Positions 1 to 5,147 of a stretch of 5,147 nucleotides of DNA are shown in pieces. How positions within the stretch are numbered: the stretch's first letter is position 1; every line of letters begins with the position of its first letter. Below the pieces are notes generated by a model. It did not search any database, was not told where the DNA came from, and saw only the letters and a program-made list of their open reading frames with translations. The stretch spans positions 1 to 5,147 of the forward strand of contig SUPR01000174.1 in the NCBI GenBank assembly GCA_005191425.1. The letters are read 5' to 3'. The position numbers and the translations under genes were made by a program. Source of the stretch: Candidatus Helarchaeota ASGARD archaeon Hel_GB_B (lineage in GTDB: Archaea; Asgardarchaeota; Lokiarchaeia; Helarchaeales; HEL-GB-B).

Positions 1-25
1 GCCAGTATCTGTTCGTGTTGAATAG
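1..25 (+). CDS. Possible 3' end of an upstream gene running into the window (…PVSVRVE*)
   Basis: Frame 2 reads CCA GTA TCT GTT CGT GTT GAA TAG (2-25). It is locally GC-richer than the flanking non-coding DNA. Only 7 codons are visible, so this cannot be confirmed. Confidence 0.2.
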
Positions 26-61
26 ATATAAAATTTATTCTCCTATTATTAGCATAGGAAA

Positions 62-241
62 ATGAATAAACCCTTGAAAGATAATAAACTTGATTATGAG
101 ATCATAGAATACTATAAAAAACATAGAAAAATCAATTTGGACTTATATTCGAGATTAATTATATTGGGATGCCCGATGAGTGCTAATGATGATATTCATT
201 TTAATAAAAAAGAACGGTTTTATGACAATTGCCACAGCTAA
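62..241 (+). CDS. Small hypothetical protein, 59 aa ([59 protein letters not shown]), not in the supplied ORF track
   Basis: Translated by hand: ATG 62-64 to TAA 239-241, with AGGA at 56-59 just upstream. The K/E/D/I/Y-rich composition and AT-ending codons resemble the real genes here. No family recognised. The last ~7 codons are antisense to the amt remnant. Confidence 0.5.
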   Translation: MNKPLKDNKLDYEIIEYYKKHRKINLDLYSRLIILGCPMSANDDIHFNKKERFYDNCHS

Positions 242-769
242 TGCTGAGAATCCCGCATTAATATGTACAACAGTGCCAACTGCAAAATATAGAATATATA
301 GCTGTTTTAGCCAACCATCATCGCCCCAAACCCAATGCGCTATTGGGCTATAAACAAATAATAGTCATAACACTATAAAAATAATAAATGAAATAAATTT
401 TGCCCGTTTAACGAATGGACTCGAAATTATCGCTACTGTGATTGCCGCAAGCATTAATTGAAATATCATGAATAACATCGGAGGAATCTTCGTTGAATAG
501 CTAGGATTTGTTACGGCATCAACACTAATTAAACCAAAATAATTGAAGTTATCAATAAGTCCATATCCAAGATCCGGTGCAAAAGCTAAACTATAACCCA
601 ATAATACCCAAATTATACCTACTAATACTATTGAAATGAAACACATTGCAAACATTGAAATTATATTTTTTCTTCTCAATAGTCCACCATAGAAAAAGGC
701 AAGTCCAGGGGTTATTATGGAAACCAGAATTGTACAAATTAAAATAAATGCGATATCTGCTGTAATCAT
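221..769 (-). pseudogene. amtB: Ammonium transporter (Amt/AmtB family) pseudogene. N-terminal ~183 codons only, with an internal TGA at 365-367; the read-through frame finally stops at TAA 155-157.
   Basis: Amt motifs TPGLAFFYGGLLRRKN, GYSLAF and FQLMLAAIT lie in 365-769. The same frame continues past the TGA as [48 protein letters not shown], matching the family pattern W-x4-Y-x-P-x-AHWVWG…[13 protein letters not shown]. Similarity ends at about 221, roughly half of a ~400-aa Amt. Confidence 0.93.
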
Positions 770-886
770 TTTATTTTCAGACCTAATTCTTAATTTTTCC
801 TTTTTATTAGTCTAAAATTCAAAAAATACTTCAAATTTCTGAATTTTTATTAGATTAATTAAAGTTAAATTACAAATATGTTCAGA

Positions 887-902
887 TATTTAAACTCTTT
901 TT
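887..902 (-). promoter_or_regulatory. Candidate archaeal BRE-TATA promoter for amt
   Basis: The minus strand reads AAAAAGAG (902-895) directly followed by TTTAAATA (894-887), about 120 nt upstream of the amt ATG. TATA-like words are common at this AT content. Confidence 0.4.
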
Positions 903-1220
903 AACACATTTACTTAGTTGAAAATAAATATTATTATTTTGTATATAATTTGTAATAAAAAATGAACTGTCTGAAAATTAAAAAGTATTTCCAAAATTAA
1001 AAATTTTAAGAGTACCCTTGGATGACTTGATCTTGTTAATAAAAGTTTTTTTATTAATTACTTATATAAATTACCTATTTTATGCGGCTTAAAATGAGTA
1101 CTTACCTAAGCTTTTTAAAAATATGTTTTCGTTGGTTCTTTAACAAATATCGATAATTATTTTAAAGTAATACCTAATTTTAATTAAATTGAATAAGATA
1201 AATGAATCTTTTTCAAATAT

Positions 1221-1228
1221 GAGGTGAT
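1221..1228 (+). promoter_or_regulatory. Perfect archaeal Shine-Dalgarno (GAGGTGAT) with no ORF downstream
   Basis: GAGGTGAT is complementary to the archaeal 16S 3' tail (AUCACCUC). It is followed by TG ATA TAA, or by ATA at 1233 opening only 16 codons. Confidence 0.3.
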
Positions 1229-1368
1229 TGATATAAAATTTTTTCTAAATAAATATCAAACTTTAGATCATTATTCATTCTAAATCCATTATATAAATTA
1301 CTAACGTTTAATAAGTTTATATCTTATTAATGTTCTTTTTTAACACAATAAAATTTGTTCATTAAAAA

Positions 1369-1390
1369 TTTAAATAAATAAATTTATATT
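1369..1390 (+). promoter_or_regulatory. Candidate TATA box(es) for the Lrp gene
   Basis: TTTAAATA at 1369-1376 follows an A-run, and TTTATATT lies at 1383-1390. They sit about 65-85 nt upstream of ATG 1454. Specificity is low in AT-rich DNA. Confidence 0.3.
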
Positions 1391-1436
1391 ATAAAAAATA
1401 ATAAAAAAATACTCAAATATAAAAAAATATTCAAAT

Positions 1437-1446
1437 TTGAAGTGAT
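1437..1446 (+). promoter_or_regulatory. Ribosome-binding site of the Lrp gene (TTGAAGTGAT)
   Basis: GAAGTGAT is a 7/8 match to GAGGTGAT and lies 7 nt before ATG 1454. The same TTGAAGTG precedes the kinase ATG (2657-2664). The GTG at 1442 called by the ORF track is part of this motif. Confidence 0.55.
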
Positions 1447-1453
1447 ATTTTTT

Positions 1454-1924
1454 ATGCCAAAAAATCAAAAAATTACGGACACAGATTTGAAAATTCTTAA
1501 AATTTTAACTGAAAATGCTAAAACAAATTATAGAGCTATCTCAAAAAAGATCAATATTGCCATTGGTACCGTTTCAAACCGAATTCATAATTTAAAATCT
1601 AAGGGTATTATTAAAAAATTCACAATAGAAATTGACACTAATAAATTAGGCTATGAAATTACTGCAATTATACTTTTACAAATAAAAGGGCAGTCTATTT
1701 TTGAAGTAGAACAAGAACTTGCTAAAAACCCAAATGTATATGCAATTTATGATACCACAGGAAATTGGGATTGTATTATTGCAGTTAAATTTAAACAAGT
1801 TGAAGACCTAAATAATTTTATTAAAACAATAAACAAAAATGAAAATATTTTAAGGACTTCCACAAGTGTCTGTTTAAATGTGATCAAAGAAAACCAATTT
1901 TTCCCTATAAATGAACCGCCCTAA
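1454..1924 (+). CDS. Lrp/AsnC family (feast/famine, FFRP) transcriptional regulator, 156 aa from ATG 1454 (ORF track starts at GTG 1442)
   Basis: N-terminal HTH (DLKILKILTENAKTNYRAISKKINIAIGTVSNRIHNLKSKGIIKKFT), linker ID-x3-LGY, and C-terminal RAM domain with YDTTGNWD and the VCLNVIKE tail. Confidence 0.95.
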   Translation: MPKNQKITDTDLKILKILTENAKTNYRAISKKINIAIGTVSNRIHNLKSKGIIKKFTIEIDTNKLGYEITAIILLQIKGQSIFEVEQELAKNPNVYAIYDTTGNWDCIIAVKFKQVEDLNNFIKTINKNENILRTSTSVCLNVIKENQFFPINEPP

Positions 1925-1988
1925 ATTTAACTATAAATTATATTATTAAAATAAAGATTAGAACAAAATATAGGCGGATTTTATTTTT
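1916..1988 (+). terminator. Possible stem-loop plus U-rich terminator after Lrp
   Basis: CCGCC(C)TA at 1916-1923 is complementary, with a one-base bulge, to TAGGCGG at 1971-1977. TTTTATTTTT follows at 1979-1988. The loop is long (~45 nt). Confidence 0.35.
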
Positions 1989-2656
1989 GAAAAATTATTA
2001 TTAAAGTTGTTTCACTAATTATTATAACATTTGAATTGTTATCTCTCAGATTTTTGTTATTTTATTATGATTTTTAAATAAAAATTCAATATAATTAATG
2101 TTCATTTTATGAAAGTAGTATTGTAATTAAATGGCTTGGGATTGTGTTAAATATTAGAAAAAAGTGTGAACTATTTAGAAATATTATTGACATTACCGAT
2201 ATAAAAATTTGGGATAACAAGATATTTTATAGCAAAAAAATAAACGAACAACGAATTTTTACCAAAATTCATATCCAATCAAAATCTTTTATTTACATAG
2301 TAAAAAAGAATATAAACTAAATTTATAAAGGCTTTTCCTTATAGTTATAATAAATGGTTAATGAACAATTTAAATTTTAATAAAATTATTAAGTTTTAAA
2401 TTTAAAAAGAGATTTAATTTGTCATTAATAAAATATGAATCAAAATTTTAATTAAAATAATAAAAGGAAAAAGAATTGTGGTCTATTTTGGGAAAATTTA
2501 TTTTTATAAAAGAAAATATTGACAAATTTAAATATTTTATTATTGATATTAATTTTAGTAATATTTCTCTTCTTTATTTTTCATCTCTTTTTAGATTTCA
2601 TGAAAACAGAAATTATGAATTTTATTTTATTTAGGGTATTATTTTTTATTATTAAC

Positions 2657-2664
2657 TTGAAGTG
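2657..2664 (+). promoter_or_regulatory. Ribosome-binding site of the histidine kinase (TTGAAGTG)
   Basis: Identical 8-mer to that upstream of the Lrp ATG, 10 nt before ATG 2675. Confidence 0.5.
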
Positions 2665-2674
2665 TGGATATTAA

Positions 2675-4618
2675 ATGACTAATTTGGAAAAAATTTTATC
2701 AGAAAGTAAGATGTGGTTTGATAATTTAATAAATACCATTCATGATTATGCACAATTTACTGAAAATGTAATTAATACCGTGCGAGAACCGCTTATTATA
2801 TTGGATAAAAACCATTATATTGTATTAGCAAATCAAGCTTTTTATAATAAATTTCAAGTCACACCTGAAGAAGTAGAAAAACATTTAATTTATGACTTAG
2901 GAAATCAACAATGGGCTATTCCTGAATTAAAGAAACTACTAGAGGAGATTTTACCTAAAAATACTACAATTGAATCATATGAATTGGAACACGATTTTAA
3001 AAATATTGGAAAACGCACATTAGTTTTAAATGCAAGACAAATAATTGGGCCAGAAAACCAATTTGGTAGGATTTTAGTTGCTATTGAAGATATAACCATG
3101 CGGAGAGTAGCTGAAAAAGCTATTAAAGATTCTGAAAATTGGCTGGCTATAACCCTTAAAAGTATTGGCGATGCTGTGATTACTACAGATGAATCAGGTA
3201 TAATTAAATCATTAAATCCAATTGCGGAAATATTAACAGGCTGGACTCAAGAAGAAGCTAAAGGCCAACAAATACAAAAAGTATTCAATATTATTAATGA
3301 ACAGACCCGTAAACCAGTAAAAAATTTTGTTTCGCGGATTATCGAAAAAGGACTAATTGTAGGACTGGGAAATCATACCATTTTAATTTCCAAAGATGGC
3401 AAAGAAATCGTTATTACAGATAGTGGTTCGCCTATAAAGAATGATAATGGAGAAATAATTGGTACAGTTTTAATTTTTAGAGACGATACAAAACGTAGAT
3501 ATTTAGAAGAAGTAAATAGGAGGTTAGCAGCTATTGTCGAACATTCAAATGATGCAATTATTAGTAAAACATTAGAAGGTATTGCTTTAAGCTGGAATAA
3601 TAGTGCTGAACAAATTTTTGGCTATTCTGCAGACGAGATTATCGGAAAATCTTTATCTATTTTGGTCCCACCTCAACGAAAGAACGAAATAAATGATGTG
3701 CTTAATAAAATTAAACAGGGAATACGAATTGATCATTTTGAAACTGAAAGAATTAGAAAAGACGGTAAAATAGTTAATATTTCTTTATCCGTTTCTCCTA
3801 TCAAAGATATTAATGGAAATATAATTGGAGCATCTACAATAGCACGTGATATTACTGAACAAAAATTTATTAAACTAGAATTACAGAAATCTGAACAAAA
3901 ATATCGGGAAGCTTATAACCGTGCTGAATTTTATAAGGATATTTTTATTCACGATATGAATAATATTTTACATAGTATTCTTTTAAGTACTCAACTTAGT
4001 AAATTAAATTTAAAAGATAAAAACAATTTTGATGAAATAGAAGAAAATTTAACAATTATTGAAAGCCAAATCAAAAGAGGTACAAGACTTATTTCTAATA
4101 TTCGCAAACTTTCTAAACTTGAAAATTCAGAAATTTCTTTAAAATACCTTGAACTTTTTGAAATTCTAGAAAATACTATCATTTCTATAAAAAATTCTTT
4201 TAAATATAAAATTATTAACATTAAAATTCAATCATTTTATAAAAAACTCTTGATTTTTGCTAATGAATTGTTTGAAGATGTTATTGAAAATATCTTAATT
4301 AATGCTATCAAACATAATAAAAGTCCAACTATTGAAATTATTATAAAAATCTCAGAAATTAAAAGAGATAACAAGATATTCCTGAAAATAGAATTTATGG
4401 ATAATGGCATTGGTATCAATGATGTTAATAAAGAAAAGATCTTCCAGAGGAGTGATTTTAAAAACAAAATTATAAGCGGAATGGGCTTGGGACTTTCATT
4501 GGTAAAGAAAATAATTGAATTATATGGCGGGAAAATTTGGGTTGAAGATAGAATCCGAGGAGATTATAAAAAAGGAAGTAATTTTATTATTTTACTTCCA
4601 AAGGTCGAAAAAAAATGA
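2675..4618 (+). CDS. Cytoplasmic sensor histidine kinase, PAS-PAS-PAS-HisKA-HATPase_c, 647 aa
   Basis: PAS/PAC domains at about 2753-3097 (TVREPLIILD…AIEDIT), 3140-3490 (SIGDAVITTD…IFRDDT) and 3524-3856 (LAAIVEHSNDAII…ARDIT). H-box FIHDMNNIL with His426 (CAC 3950-3952), N-box ENILINAIKH, G1 DNGIGI, F-box KEKIF, G2 GMGLGL, and GSNFIILLP. No transmembrane stretch. Confidence 0.96.
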   Translation: MTNLEKILSESKMWFDNLINTIHDYAQFTENVINTVREPLIILDKNHYIVLANQAFYNKFQVTPEEVEKHLIYDLGNQQWAIPELKKLLEEILPKNTTIESYELEHDFKNIGKRTLVLNARQIIGPENQFGRILVAIEDITMRRVAEKAIKDSENWLAITLKSIGDAVITTDESGIIKSLNPIAEILTGWTQEEAKGQQIQKVFNIINEQTRKPVKNFVSRIIEKGLIVGLGNHTILISKDGKEIVITDSGSPIKNDNGEIIGTVLIFRDDTKRRYLEEVNRRLAAIVEHSNDAIISKTLEGIALSWNNSAEQIFGYSADEIIGKSLSILVPPQRKNEINDVLNKIKQGIRIDHFETERIRKDGKIVNISLSVSPIKDINGNIIGASTIARDITEQKFIKLELQKSEQKYREAYNRAEFYKDIFIHDMNNILHSILLSTQLSKLNLKDKNNFDEIEENLTIIESQIKRGTRLISNIRKLSKLENSEISLKYLELFEILENTIISIKNSFKYKIINIKIQSFYKKLLIFANELFEDVIENILINAIKHNKSPTIEIIIKISEIKRDNKIFLKIEFMDNGIGINDVNKEKIFQRSDFKNKIISGMGLGLSLVKKIIELYGGKIWVEDRIRGDYKKGSNFIILLPKVEKK

Positions 4619-4986
4619 AAAAAATTTTAATTGTGGAAGACGACCAGTCTGTCCAAATGTTTTATCAACGAATTTTAAATATGTTCGGGTTTGAAATTGC
4701 CGGAATTGCAAGTGATGGGGACGAAGCAGTATTGATGTTTAAATTATTTAAAGATAAACCTGAAATTATTTTGATGGACCACCGAATGCCCAAAAAGAAT
4801 GGAATCGAAGCCTCAAAAGAGATATTACAGATAGACCATAATGTAAAAATAATTTTTTTTAGTGCGGATGATAGCATAAAAGAAGAGGCTTTCTCAATTG
4901 GGATTTATGATTTTGAACTAAAACCATTTTCTATTGAGTCTATGATCGCAAAAATTAAATTAGCTTTTAATTCTTCAAACAATTAA
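4615..4986 (+). CDS. Single-domain (CheY-like, receiver-only) response regulator, 123 aa
   Basis: ILIVEDD acidic pocket (D9, D10), phosphoacceptor D55 in LMDHRMP, S83, and K103 in KPF. No output domain. 4-nt ATGA overlap with the kinase stop. Confidence 0.96.
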   Translation: MKKILIVEDDQSVQMFYQRILNMFGFEIAGIASDGDEAVLMFKLFKDKPEIILMDHRMPKKNGIEASKEILQIDHNVKIIFFSADDSIKEEAFSIGIYDFELKPFSIESMIAKIKLAFNSSNN

Positions 4987-5017
4987 AAAATTTATAGAAA
5001 ATATGATTATTTAATAA

Positions 5018-5040
5018 TTTTTTTATGATATTTTTTATTT
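5018..5040 (+). terminator. T-rich tracts, possible archaeal-type terminator of the kinase/regulator operon
   Basis: T7 at 5018-5024 and T6 at 5031-5036, about 30-50 nt after the TAA. Confidence 0.3.
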
Positions 5041-5147
5041 AACCAAAATTATATTTTTATTATAAAATACGATTAAGCTGATTATTTTTTGTTGAATATA
5101 TAATTTTCACTATTTCAATGTTTCTAAATCTTTTTCAAATTTTTTAC

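Noticed and set aside
155-220. Amt read-through tail [21 protein letters not shown] as Amt sequence
   Set aside because: No Amt similarity (no GKR or PHN/LLWFGW motif) in the minus-strand frames I read. It is the antisense of the + strand small ORF.
365-367. Genome-wide TGA=Trp code or selenocysteine in Amt
   Set aside because: Other Trp codons read are TGG, TGA terminates the kinase, and amt has further inactivating changes and a truncation.
879-895. GlnR/TnrA box (TGTNA-N7-TNACA) or NrpR operator (GGAA-N6-TTCC) upstream of amt
   Set aside because: TGTTC-N7-TAAAC matches poorly, and I saw no GGAA-N6-TTCC in the spacer.
1442-1453. GTG start for Lrp (MIFF extension)
   Set aside because: The GTG lies within the SD-like GAAGTGAT. 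ATG 1454 has the proper spacing, mirrored at the kinase start.
770-2674. CRISPR array, tRNA or IS element in the long intergenic regions
   Set aside because: No regularly spaced 25-40-bp repeats, no cloverleaf/TTC-loop signature and no transposase ORF.
2905-3099. 64-aa minus-strand ORF
   Set aside because: Antisense shadow inside kinase PAS1, with no recognisable motif.
3991-4221. 76-aa minus-strand ORF
   Set aside because: Antisense shadow of the kinase core. Its hydrophobic L/S/I/F bias is what the reverse of K/E/N-rich codons produces.
4237-4467. 76-aa hydrophobic minus-strand ORF resembling a membrane peptide
   Set aside because: Lies fully opposite the conserved HATPase_c N/G1 boxes; an antisense artefact.
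4665-4877. 70-aa minus-strand ORF
   Set aside because: Antisense shadow of the response regulator.

Overview
Very AT-rich window with archaeal-style signals: BRE/TATA-like boxes and GA(G/A)GTGAT Shine-Dalgarno motifs. The kinase and response-regulator style suggests an Asgard/Lokiarchaeia host, which is inference only. Left to right: (1) an unlisted 59-aa + strand ORF (62-241). (2) A decayed, 3'-truncated ammonium transporter (amt/AmtB) pseudogene on the - strand, running from 769 to about 221. It has an in-frame TGA at a conserved Trp and substitutions at residues essential for transport. (3) A ~680-bp divergent intergenic region. (4) An intact Lrp/AsnC feast/famine regulator, probably starting at 1454. 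(5) A ~750-bp intergenic region. (6) A soluble 3xPAS histidine kinase overlapping (ATGA) a stand-alone receiver-domain response regulator. No rRNA, tRNA, CRISPR array or transposase is evident. The most notable observations are the amt decay and its collision with the small ORF, the mosaic bacterial-type PAS array on a much lower-GC kinase core, and a slippery A_AAA_AAA at the kinase/receiver junction that would fuse them by a -1 shift. I cannot claim a new system from the sequence alone.
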